Part shown: piece after piece, positions 8,936 through 17,711 of the stretch
How the letters are laid out: each line of letters starts with the position of its first letter
Numbering within the stretch: position 1 is the stretch's first letter
NCBI GenBank assembly: GCA_029775965.1
Contig: JARVJU010000002.1
Span: forward strand, 2,578-66,577
DNA length: 64,000 nt
Source: Nitrososphaeria archaeon
GTDB taxonomy: Archaea > Thermoproteota > Nitrososphaeria > Conexivisphaerales > DTJL01
Reading direction: 5' to 3'
The notes under the pieces: model-generated
What the model was told of the DNA's origin: nothing
What the model saw: only the letters and a program-made list of their open reading frames with translations
The model's database searches: none
Made by a program: the position numbers and the translations under genes

Positions 8936-10444
8936 GTGTTCGAAGTCACACATACAGATTTAGCAGCTAGACTAGGTAAGCTGACTATTGGAAGCAAAAG
9001 AGTGGATACTCCTGCCTTCTTGCCAGTCGTTCATCCAATAAGGCAAGAAGTTCCTTCCCATTTGCTAAGTTCTATGGGGTTTCAGATAGTAATCACAAAC
9101 GCATACATAACTATGAAGAAATTTCCCCATGGTGTTGATATTCACTCACAAATTGGTTTTGATGGAGTAGTTATGACAGACTCTGGTGGCTATCAGCTGC
9201 TGGAATATGGTAAGCTGGATGCAAAGCCTGATCAGATTGCAGAATACCAGAAGAAGATAGGCTCTGACATAGCAGTCATACTTGATACCCCTACTGGCTA
9301 TCCAGCTGACAGAGCTCATGCAGAAGCTACTGTAACAAGGACACTAGCTGCTGCTAAGGAGTCTTCAGAAATAATAGGATCGAAGCCACCACTCTGGGCG
9401 GGGCCTGTACAGGGTGGCGTATATTCTGACCTGGTAAAATATTCTGCAAAAGAAATTTCAAAATTTCCTTTTGACATCTTCGCAATAGGCTCTCCGGTAG
9501 AACTTATGAATAATTACCGTTTTAAAGACGTTTCGAGCCTAATTCAGAATGCGAAGGCCTACCTGCCTTTGGATAAGCCCGTACATCTGTTTGGTGCAGG
9601 ACATCCATTTATCATCCCTCTGGCAGTCGCTTTGGGCTGTGACCTTTTTGATTCCGCTTCCTACATTTTGTTCGCCAAACGTAATAGCTATATGACAACT
9701 GAAGGGGTAAGGAGGCTTGATGAAATGACCGATTTACCATGCAGCTGCAGCATCTGCTCAAGCACGAATGTCAAAGAACTCATTGAAATGCCAAAGGATG
9801 AGAGAATCATAAAGATAGCGGTACATAATCTGAATGTAATTAGAGCTGAGCTTGCAATGACTAGAGAGGCTATAAGGGAAGGAAGATTATGGAGTTATCT
9901 TATGAGGAAGATAAGAACTCATCCTAAACTGTTTGACTCATTTCATTTTAGCAAAAGGACGCTTGATGAAATGGAGCAAGGATCTATGATTGGAGAGAGC
10001 AGAGCGTTAATGTTATTTGATTCGAACGACCTTATTTGCCCGGAGGTAACACGGCACCTAAAAAGGATGATTCATAACTACAGACCAGGATCAAAGAAGC
10101 TGACTTTATACTTCCTGCAGAATGACTGGGATAGAGCCTACAGGTATTCCCTAGCAAAGAACATGACATGGGATAAAGCATTTTTCCATCCTTTCTTCTC
10201 AATGGTACCTGCAGAGTTGCTACAAGTATATCCTCTGTCCCAGAACGTATTTCCAGAAAGAGTTGATAGAAAGACGTTAAGAGTCTCCTTACGCAATCTT
10301 GTCAATCTCGTAAAGCTATATTCTTTGGACAATGTTGAGCTTGTATATGATGCTGGGCAGAGAAATATAGCATTAAGAGCTTACAATCTTCTGAAAAGGT
10401 ATAAGGGGCGCGAGGTTTCTATTAAGCCAGTCAAGTATACATAG
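8936..10444 (+). CDS. tgtA: Archaeosine tRNA-guanine transglycosylase (TGT family)
   Basis: Conserved N-terminus FEVTHTDLAARLGKL...TPAFLPVV, the DSGGYQ motif and the zinc site LPCSCSICS. The ORF-track start at 8807 overlaps the divergent upstream gene and adds a non-conserved leader, so I place the start at GTG 8936. Confidence 0.8.
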   Translation: MFEVTHTDLAARLGKLTIGSKRVDTPAFLPVVHPIRQEVPSHLLSSMGFQIVITNAYITMKKFPHGVDIHSQIGFDGVVMTDSGGYQLLEYGKLDAKPDQIAEYQKKIGSDIAVILDTPTGYPADRAHAEATVTRTLAAAKESSEIIGSKPPLWAGPVQGGVYSDLVKYSAKEISKFPFDIFAIGSPVELMNNYRFKDVSSLIQNAKAYLPLDKPVHLFGAGHPFIIPLAVALGCDLFDSASYILFAKRNSYMTTEGVRRLDEMTDLPCSCSICSSTNVKELIEMPKDERIIKIAVHNLNVIRAELAMTREAIREGRLWSYLMRKIRTHPKLFDSFHFSKRTLDEMEQGSMIGESRALMLFDSNDLICPEVTRHLKRMIHNYRPGSKKLTLYFLQNDWDRAYRYSLAKNMTWDKAFFHPFFSMVPAELLQVYPLSQNVFPERVDRKTLRVSLRNLVNLVKLYSLDNVELVYDAGQRNIALRAYNLLKRYKGREVSIKPVKYT

Positions 10445-11198
10445 CTCCTCCTCTTTCCCTTTCTGGCTCAGGTCTCTCTTCTTTGATGCTTTCTCTTTCC
10501 AGCGCCTCTGCACTTTTTATCAGAGTCTCTGTATCTATAGAGATACCGTAAAGCTTTGATATTACATCTATAGCTGCTGAAGCAGCCCTCGGATCTATTC
10601 TTTCCATAGAAGCATAGGCTAATATTGCATATGCTGGAAAGTTCAGTATTTCGAACCTATTCAGCAAAACTGCTACAGGTCCAACTATTATCCTATCATC
10701 TTCAAGCACCTTCGAATCAAGTAGCACACCTCTAGGTTTGAAAGCCTTGGTGTATACTATTCTGTGTGTACCTTCATCTATCCTAAGGCTTGCATCCAGT
10801 CCACCTATCAGAGCAGCCTCTTCGAACCCTGCTTTTGCTATCCAGGAAGCCATACTTCTGTAGAACGATACTTCGTGATCTCTGTACACAGGCACTTCTA
10901 TTTTTAAAAATACAAGATTGCCAGACCTGTAAAGTTCATGTGGTGTTACAAGCTTACCCCCAAGGTTAGCAGCTACAGGAGCTGTAAGTTCAGAGTCAAC
11001 ATATGCTACCCTCTCAGCATTCAACTTCTGGATCATATATTTGACAGTCCAGTAACCAGTTGCACCTATGCCATGAAACCCAGTTATCAGGGTACAGCCT
11101 TTGAAGTCGTAGTCCGATGGCACAACTTCTATACTTGTCATCGCGCAAAGGTTTAAAGAAGCCTCCTCAAAAGGCTGCCTATAAGGTATTGAAAGCAT
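10431..11198 (-). CDS. PAC2 (proteasome assembly chaperone 2)-family protein
   Basis: The GFHGIGATGYW motif near the N-terminus and a ~250-aa length fit archaeal PAC2/COG1938 proteins. The true start may be the internal Met at 11141 (MTSIEVV...). Confidence 0.55.
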   Translation of the reverse strand: MLSIPYRQPFEEASLNLCAMTSIEVVPSDYDFKGCTLITGFHGIGATGYWTVKYMIQKLNAERVAYVDSELTAPVAANLGGKLVTPHELYRSGNLVFLKIEVPVYRDHEVSFYRSMASWIAKAGFEEAALIGGLDASLRIDEGTHRIVYTKAFKPRGVLLDSKVLEDDRIIVGPVAVLLNRFEILNFPAYAILAYASMERIDPRAASAAIDVISKLYGISIDTETLIKSAEALERESIKEERPEPERERGGAMYT

Positions 11199-12456
11199 GA
11201 AGGTAACAGTTTTGGGCGCTGCTGGAGAAGTTGGCAGGTCGGCATTTACTGTTGAGTCGAACGGGACAAGACTTTTACTTGACTACGGCGTACAGACCAA
11301 TAGAGAGCCACTCTTCCCTGTTCATATCCGGCCGAGAGATGTTGAAGGGGTAATCTTGAGCCATGCTCACCTTGACCATGTAGGAGGTGCTCCACTACTC
11401 TACTTAGGTGAAGGACTTCCAGCCTATGGCACACCGGTCACAAAAAGTTTGACGGAGCTTCTGCTCTATGATTTTCTCAAGATAAGCGGAGATTATCTTC
11501 CTTTTGATGCGGAATCAGTAAGCAACTTCAGTAAAAACTATGTTTCAAAAGGTTACGAGGAAGGATTTAAGATTGGAAGCATAGATGCGGTTCTATTTGA
11601 TGCCGGGCATATACCTGGAAGTGCAATCACCTATCTGACGGGTGACAGAAGGCTGCTTTACACAGGAGATATGAATACAACAAAGACCCAGCTTCTAGAC
11701 GGTGTCAGAATGCCTGTTCTTGAGTCTGATATAGTAATAACAGAGAGCACATATTCCTACTCAGATCATCCTGCGCGAAAGGATGAAGAGGTCAGATTCA
11801 TCGAAAAGGCTAGAGAAATTGTTGAATCAGGGGGAGTATTTCTGGTACCATCATTCGCTGTAGGGAGGGCTCAGGAGATAGCATGCATTCTTTATTCATA
11901 TGGATTTAAGGGAAAGGTATACATGGATGGGATGGCACTAAAAACAAATAGTATACTGCTCGAAAACAGGCCCTACATCAGGGATTATGAACTGCTCTCC
12001 AAGGCATTATCCAGCGTTGAATATATTCAAGATTGGGCAAAAAGAAAAAGGGTTGTAAAGGAGCCATGTGTAATTATATCCCCTGCAGGAATGCTCGTAG
12101 GTGGTGCTTCGATATTTTATAACTCGAGGATAGCTAATGATCAGAAGAGTGCAGTAGCTATAGTTTCATTCCAGGTTGAGGGTTCTCCTGGCAGGAGGCT
12201 TTTAGAAAAAAGGGAGGTTACAATAGATGGTAAGAGATACAAAAAAGTTAAGGCAAGCATATACAGGTTCGATTTCTCTTCACATTTAGGTAAAAGTGAA
12301 CTGCTAAACTTCTTCAAAACAAAGATAAAAGGAAGCCCAAAGATAATAGTAGTGCATGGGGAAAGAAGGTACAGTGAGTCATTTGCTGGAGAGTTAAAGT
12401 CGGAGCTTGGATTTGATGCTTCTGTGCCAGAGATGGGAGAAAGCCTAGTTGTATAG
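11197..12456 (+). CDS. Beta-CASP ribonuclease of the metallo-beta-lactamase superfamily (aCPSF2-like, no KH domains)
   Basis: HAHLDHVGG (MBL motif 2), DAGHIPGS, and a C-terminal VVHGE; 419 aa. Confidence 0.75.
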   Translation: MKVTVLGAAGEVGRSAFTVESNGTRLLLDYGVQTNREPLFPVHIRPRDVEGVILSHAHLDHVGGAPLLYLGEGLPAYGTPVTKSLTELLLYDFLKISGDYLPFDAESVSNFSKNYVSKGYEEGFKIGSIDAVLFDAGHIPGSAITYLTGDRRLLYTGDMNTTKTQLLDGVRMPVLESDIVITESTYSYSDHPARKDEEVRFIEKAREIVESGGVFLVPSFAVGRAQEIACILYSYGFKGKVYMDGMALKTNSILLENRPYIRDYELLSKALSSVEYIQDWAKRKRVVKEPCVIISPAGMLVGGASIFYNSRIANDQKSAVAIVSFQVEGSPGRRLLEKREVTIDGKRYKKVKASIYRFDFSSHLGKSELLNFFKTKIKGSPKIIVVHGERRYSESFAGELKSELGFDASVPEMGESLVV

Positions 12457-12506
12457 TTTTTTTGGAAAAATTTGTTATATGAGTTAAACTAACCTAAGAG
12501 CTTGTA

Positions 12507-13280
12507 TTGAAGATATCAGCTCTGCTTGCTCCAATCGCCTATACAATAGTTACGCAAGCTGCAGCTGTTATCTTTGCATACATACTCTCTCCTCTCGCTG
12601 GTGTTTTTGTCTTTCAACCTGTATCCGGCACAGGCGCTCCGGTATTTAATGCCCTGATATTCGTCCTGCTCCCAATAATAGGGACAGCGATTTACCTTAG
12701 ACTTAGAAAGATAAGAAGTGCTAGAGCATTCTATGCTATCATAGAGGCGTTTCTCATAATGCTCCTGACATTTCTAATTTTGAGCACAGCGATAGAAGCT
12801 CTTGCTCTTTCCGCAATTATAGCTTTAGCTGTAGCAATTATAAGTTATTTAGCTCTATCAAAAGGGAAGAGAAGTCTCAAAATTGTTGTGGGTGTGATAA
12901 TGTGCAGTGAAGCTGGGGCTTACTTGGCCATAATCTTTCTTCCTCCAACTGTATATCTTATATTCCTTTTCTTCGCTCTCTATGACTTGATAGCAGTCTT
13001 TCGAGGCCCACTCAGAAGTATACTCGATGAACCAGCATTTGGGATGCTCTCTGTAGATTTTGGAATTATATCCGTTGGGCTGGGAGATGAGGTTTTTTAC
13101 TCAATGGTTCCTGCAACTGCCTATTTTGTTTATGGTCTATCAGCGGCCTTGACAGTTACTTTGGCTATGGACATAGGTGTTCTGATAACATTACTGTTAC
13201 TTAGCAAAAGAAAAGCTCTTCCAGGGCTTACTATACCTCTACTTATTTCCCTTATCTTCTTCCTTTTTCTTTTCAGATGA
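12507..13280 (+). CDS. Presenilin / signal-peptide-peptidase-like intramembrane aspartyl protease
   Basis: Polytopic membrane protein with both catalytic motifs, YD (ALYDLIAVF) and GxGD (SVGLGDEVFY), plus a C-terminal KALPGL (PAL-like) motif. Confidence 0.7.
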   Translation: MKISALLAPIAYTIVTQAAAVIFAYILSPLAGVFVFQPVSGTGAPVFNALIFVLLPIIGTAIYLRLRKIRSARAFYAIIEAFLIMLLTFLILSTAIEALALSAIIALAVAIISYLALSKGKRSLKIVVGVIMCSEAGAYLAIIFLPPTVYLIFLFFALYDLIAVFRGPLRSILDEPAFGMLSVDFGIISVGLGDEVFYSMVPATAYFVYGLSAALTVTLAMDIGVLITLLLLSKRKALPGLTIPLLISLIFFLFLFR

Positions 13281-13511
13281 AGCTTCCTTTTTACTCTTCT
13301 TATCCTCTTTCTTAGCCCCTATCTCCACTACAGGCTTTGAAAGATTCCTCAGCAATCTATCCGCTTCAGACGGTTCTGCGACGTATGTGTATAATGACTT
13401 CTTTGTCCTCGCTTTGACCTTAACAGCATCTTTGAGCCTTACAACTCTTATCTCATCTGCCTTTTCGATCAGGCGCTTGAATAACTTAGCATCGAAGACC
13501 TGCCTCGGCAT
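13239..13511 (-). CDS. rpl38e: 50S ribosomal protein L38e with Lys/Glu-rich C-terminal tail
   Basis: MPRQVFDAKLFKRLIEKADEIRVVRLKDAVKVKARTKKSLYTYVAEPSEADRLLRNLSKP aligns without gaps to my recollection of eukaryotic RPL38 (MPRKIEEIKDFLL...VKFKVRCSRYLYTLV...KAEKLKQSLPP). Confidence 0.7.
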   Translation of the reverse strand: MPRQVFDAKLFKRLIEKADEIRVVRLKDAVKVKARTKKSLYTYVAEPSEADRLLRNLSKPVVEIGAKKEDKKSKKEASSEKKKEEDKGNK

Positions 13512-13555
13512 GCAGGAGTGTTTCTGGAGATAAAATATAACCTTTGCTCATTAGC

Positions 13556-14761
13556 TCATGTGAGGATGCTCTTTGTTATCTTGGCTTGAAAGATCACGCC
13601 ATGGTCTGATTGCGACTTATGAAGCAATTTCAGTGGCATCCCGTTTTTCTCAAGGTATCCCATCAAAGCTAGGAGCCAAGCAGAATCAGGTAGGTTCAGG
13701 TCAACCTCTTCAATTTCAATAGTCATCAACTTTGTCACATCATCATATCTTACCCTTCCTTTATTTGCAAGAGAGATTTCTATCAGAGCTACCCATGCCT
13801 GTAGTGCAGCATCAGGTGAGGCAGTAAAGATCTGGCTGGGTAAGCTTGATGCTATTCTTTCATAGAACTCCAGAACAAGCCTCCTCAGCATATCATCATC
13901 AGCTATGCTTAGCACCGCCCGCAGTAAAAATGGAAGAAGATTGCCATCTCCTACTAGGATAGGTAGATCCTCGGCCAACCCATGGCTCTGGATTCTTGTA
14001 TATACTGGCATCTCTAGAGCAGTATCCCAGAGCTGTTGAAAGAGGTTCACGTCCAAAATGGAGCTAAGGTCGGAAAAATTGATAACAGCAGCGTTTCCTG
14101 TGCTTGCGTTTGCTAGGAATGCAGTATTTCTATCAAAAACAAAGATATTCTTTCCTTCTATAGTCTGGCCAACCCTGATGGGGAACGGCAGGTCAATTTT
14201 GGCTTCGGCGAATTCATCCATTTTGTAGGAAACTACAACTCTAACTTCGCAGTCGTTCAGTACCAACGCTGCAAGCTCTTTCCTGTAGCTCTGAAGCATA
14301 GCTAAACCATTTGAATCAACAAGTGCATGGAGGCTGAACTGGGTATTAGATATAAGCTCGCCAAGCTTATGTAATGCTTCCTGAGCCACATATATCTGAT
14401 ATCTCCCTTCAACTAGAACTTGCCCTCTAAGATTCTGTTCTCTGAGTCTCTTTATCTTTGCAACCGCACTTTTCAGCTCCTTCAATCTCTTCTCTTCCTG
14501 TTTTATAGTCAGGCCAAAGGCTTCTTCTATATCGACAGGTATACAGCGCAAAGGATTATCCCTGAGCCTCACTAAACCTTTGTTCGAAAGACTCTTTGCT
14601 GCTGAATATACCTTTGTTCTTGGAACTCCTGCTGCATAGGCAAGATCCTTTAGCAGAAGCGAGCCTTTATCCAGACAAGACACATACACCCTTGCCTCGT
14701 ACTCTGTCAGACCTAGCTCTCGAAGAGCTTCTATTGTACTTCTATCGAGCTGTGGCAACAA
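13556..14761 (-). CDS. TrmB-family transcriptional regulator
   Basis: The N-terminal winged HTH LGLTEYEARVYVSCLDKGSLLLKDLAYAAGVPRTKVYSAAKSLSNKGLV is typical of TrmB. It is followed by a coiled-coil linker and a large C-terminal domain. TTG start. Confidence 0.7.
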   Translation of the reverse strand: MLPQLDRSTIEALRELGLTEYEARVYVSCLDKGSLLLKDLAYAAGVPRTKVYSAAKSLSNKGLVRLRDNPLRCIPVDIEEAFGLTIKQEEKRLKELKSAVAKIKRLREQNLRGQVLVEGRYQIYVAQEALHKLGELISNTQFSLHALVDSNGLAMLQSYRKELAALVLNDCEVRVVVSYKMDEFAEAKIDLPFPIRVGQTIEGKNIFVFDRNTAFLANASTGNAAVINFSDLSSILDVNLFQQLWDTALEMPVYTRIQSHGLAEDLPILVGDGNLLPFLLRAVLSIADDDMLRRLVLEFYERIASSLPSQIFTASPDAALQAWVALIEISLANKGRVRYDDVTKLMTIEIEEVDLNLPDSAWLLALMGYLEKNGMPLKLLHKSQSDHGVIFQAKITKSILT

Positions 14762-14825
14762 GCTGTTATATTGCTTAAACGCATGAATACCAGAGGTTCA
14801 CTTCCCTTTACAATTAACTCAAATT

Positions 14826-14856
14826 TGTCACCTGCTCGGATGTAACTGGAGTGACA
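14826..14856. promoter_or_regulatory. Inverted repeat TGTCAC-N19-GTGACA in the TrmB/ESCRT-III divergent intergenic region (candidate operator)
   Basis: Perfect 6-bp arms read directly from the sequence, lying just upstream of the TATA-like ATATTATTTT (14879-14888). A 6-bp repeat is short enough to arise by chance. Confidence 0.2.
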
Positions 14857-14919
14857 GAAATAGACGGTTACAGTATCCATATTATTTTGACAGCCAAAGC
14901 AATAGCAGGTGCAAGAATA

Positions 14920-15564
14920 ATGTCCGAATTCACGAAAAAATGGACCACACCTAACACACCAAGCTTCGGCGATAAAGTAAAAGAAGCTGTCAGACCTGCA
15001 GGACCGTTAAAGCCAAGAATAGATACAGCGATAAGAAGCATTCAGATACAGATTTCAAAGCTTGACGCAACAAGCAACAGGCTCAAAGAAAGGGACGCAT
15101 CTCTCTTTAACAAAGTTGTGACATCGATTCAAAAACATGACACTCAGCACGCATCTGTCTATGCAAATGAACTTGCAGAAATAAGAAAGATGAATAAGCT
15201 TGTTTCAAGCGCAAAGATAGCATTAGAGCAGATAGTTCTAAGGTTAAGCACTGCGACAGAGCTGGGAGACATAGTTGTAACCTTAGCTCCAGCCATGGCT
15301 GTAATCAGAAACGTGAAGTCTGGTCTTGTAGGTGTAATGCCTGAAGCAGAGCAGGAAATAAGTGAGATCAACAACGTTCTGAGCAGCATACTTGTCGATG
15401 CAGGGCAGCTGGGAGGCCTGACTCTGAACTTCGAGGCAGCTAACGAGGATGCAGAAAGGATACTAGGAGAAGCATCGGCTGTAGCTGAGCAAAGAATGAA
15501 GGATAAATTCCCAGACCTTCCTTCTCTCGGCACCCCCGAAGCGCAGGGATATTCTCAGCAATAA
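14920..15564 (+). CDS. cdvB: ESCRT-III (Snf7/CdvB-family) protein, paralog 1
   Basis: Helical-hairpin Snf7-like sequence (VYANELAEIRKMNKLVSSAKIALEQIVLRLSTATELGDIV) and a C-terminal proline motif FPDLPSLG resembling MIM2. I place the start at ATG 14920 because the TATA-like box at 14879-14888 lies inside the longer ORF-track version. Confidence 0.75.
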   Translation: MSEFTKKWTTPNTPSFGDKVKEAVRPAGPLKPRIDTAIRSIQIQISKLDATSNRLKERDASLFNKVVTSIQKHDTQHASVYANELAEIRKMNKLVSSAKIALEQIVLRLSTATELGDIVVTLAPAMAVIRNVKSGLVGVMPEAEQEISEINNVLSSILVDAGQLGGLTLNFEAANEDAERILGEASAVAEQRMKDKFPDLPSLGTPEAQGYSQQ

Positions 15565-15717
15565 GCAGATACAGTCTTTTATTTTTTCTATAGAGAAGCC
15601 TAGTGTGAAAGATTGATAATCAAGATTTATTCAATTGTCAAGATATGTCGACCAAGATGTAGTATATTCTGCAAATGTCAACCTTTCGTCATAACCGTGA
15701 GGAAGGGCTGGTAGAGT

Positions 15718-16530
15718 TTGAGGATAGCTGTGTGGAAGGGAGCGAGCAGCAAAGATACGGTAAGAAATAAGGTAGCAGATGCTATCCGAAGGCTCGAACT
15801 GCACAAGAAGCAGTTAGAAACAGTTCGCTCAAGGATACAGGATAGAAGCTCTGATATGTTTGAGCATATCGTATTCTGTATTCAAAGTGAAGAGAAGGAT
15901 AAAGCAACAGTATATGCTAACGAATATGCAGAGTTAAAAAAGATAACCAAAGTGCTAATGACAGCGGAGCTAGCCTTCACACAGATAATCTTAAGGCTAG
16001 AGAGCATCAGAGATGTAGGCGACGCTATGAAAGAAATGCAGCAGGCATTCGGAGTAATAAAGGGTGTCGGGAAGGTTATTAACGGTTTATCTGGTCAAAT
16101 TAATAGTGTACAGACTTCGATTCAGAACACATTATCTGACACTATGGCAGAGCTTGGACAGGTTGCCCCTGACCTGTCAATAAATGTCCAGACATCAAAC
16201 GGGGAAGAGATTGTAGAAGAAGCTATCAAATATGTGAAATCAAAATTTGAAGGAGTAGAACTGCCACAGCCCCCAACATATCTACCTAGCTCTGTTGATA
16301 AGGAAATCCTCGCTACTCCGGATGGAGAAGATGATGAATTCAAAATTGATGTTATGACGCCACAGAAGCTAGAGGATGCTGTAAGCGATTATATCACGAA
16401 ATCTGGCAAGCTAAACGTATATGAAACGGCTGCAGCTATAGGTCAGCCTGTAGATAGCGTGGAGAATACTGTGATAAAACTAGTTTCTGAAGGGAGACTG
16501 CATCTTCCTAGAAAGAGTGATCAGAATTGA
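15718..16530 (+). CDS. cdvB: ESCRT-III (CdvB-type) protein with C-terminal winged-helix-like domain
   Basis: Paralogous core (VYANEYAELKKITKVLMTAELAFTQIILRLESIRDVGDAM), a proline motif ELPQPPTYLP, and a C-terminal wH-like segment YETAAAIGQPVDSVENTVIKLVSEGRL. Confidence 0.75.
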   Translation: MRIAVWKGASSKDTVRNKVADAIRRLELHKKQLETVRSRIQDRSSDMFEHIVFCIQSEEKDKATVYANEYAELKKITKVLMTAELAFTQIILRLESIRDVGDAMKEMQQAFGVIKGVGKVINGLSGQINSVQTSIQNTLSDTMAELGQVAPDLSINVQTSNGEEIVEEAIKYVKSKFEGVELPQPPTYLPSSVDKEILATPDGEDDEFKIDVMTPQKLEDAVSDYITKSGKLNVYETAAAIGQPVDSVENTVIKLVSEGRLHLPRKSDQN

Positions 16531-17711
16531 GTGAGCTGGCGGCAAAAGAGCTTGAAGAGGCTGCAAGCAGGTATGCTGCTGAGGCGATAAGGGCAGATAG
16601 CCAGGGAAGCTACGGCACTGCAATAAACCTCTACCAGAAGGCTATATCAACTCTAATGAGACTCGTTCAGCTATATCCCGAGTACAAGCTTAATCAGATA
16701 TATCTTCAAAGGGCTATGACCTATCAAGAAAGGATAAAGGCTCTGCAATCAGCTAGGGGTCTGTTACCTGCAGAGGGCGGGCAGGTTGAAAGCTACAAAT
16801 CCGGTTCTTCAACAAGCCCGATGGTTGAGACACTTAAGGCTTCTTTTGATGACTTGGTGGTAAAAGAGAAACCTGATGTACGGATAGATGAAGTTGTAGG
16901 GTTGGAGGATGCAAAAAAAGCGCTAAAGGAAGCTATAATCTTTCCTTACAAAAGGCCAGATCTCTTTCCTCTTGGCTGGCCACGGGGTATATTGCTTTAT
17001 GGTCCACCTGGCTGTGGCAAAACAATGCTTGCTGCGGCTACAGCTGCTGAGATAGATGGCTATTTTATGACAGTTGATGCTGCAAGCATAATGAGCAAAT
17101 GGTTGGGAGAAGCGGAGAGAAATGTCGCTAAACTCTTTGAAACAGCTAGAAAACTTTCAGAACAAGGACAGCCTGTTCTCATATTCATTGATGAAGTAGA
17201 TTCTTTACTCGGAGTAAGAAACCAGGAGGTTGGTGGTGAAATAAGAGTCAGAAATCAGTTTCTAAAGGAGATGGACGGCATTCTTGATAAAGGTCATAAA
17301 AGGCCTGTCTATGTTCTCGCAGCTACCAACAAACCATGGCAGTTGGATACACCTTTCCTAAGAAGATTCGAAAAAAGAATCTATGTAGCATTGCCAGATA
17401 CTTCAGCTAGAAGGTATATGTTCGAGCAGTATACGAAGCCACTTAGGCTAGATGAAAATGTAAGTCTTACAGAATTGGCAAGGCTTTCGGAGAATTATTC
17501 CGGGAGTGATATCAAGGACATCTGCCAAGCCGTGCAGCTCAGAGTCGTTTCGGAGCTATTCGATGGAGGCGGAGCCCTAGATCCGAATGCAAAACCAAGG
17601 CCAATAACAATGAGCGATTTCAAAGAAGTACTAAGAACCAGAAAGCCAAGCGTCCCCAAAGAAGCTCTTAAAGCATTCATTACATGGAGCGAAAATTACA
17701 AGGCGCTCTAG
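16527..17711 (+). CDS. cdvC: Vps4/CdvC AAA+ ATPase with N-terminal MIT domain
   Basis: MIT-like three-helix N-terminus (AINLYQKAISTLMRLVQLYPE...), Walker A GPPGCGKT, Walker B LIFIDEVDS, and an SRH region. The start overlaps the cdvB stop. Confidence 0.9.
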   Translation: MSELAAKELEEAASRYAAEAIRADSQGSYGTAINLYQKAISTLMRLVQLYPEYKLNQIYLQRAMTYQERIKALQSARGLLPAEGGQVESYKSGSSTSPMVETLKASFDDLVVKEKPDVRIDEVVGLEDAKKALKEAIIFPYKRPDLFPLGWPRGILLYGPPGCGKTMLAAATAAEIDGYFMTVDAASIMSKWLGEAERNVAKLFETARKLSEQGQPVLIFIDEVDSLLGVRNQEVGGEIRVRNQFLKEMDGILDKGHKRPVYVLAATNKPWQLDTPFLRRFEKRIYVALPDTSARRYMFEQYTKPLRLDENVSLTELARLSENYSGSDIKDICQAVQLRVVSELFDGGGALDPNAKPRPITMSDFKEVLRTRKPSVPKEALKAFITWSENYKAL

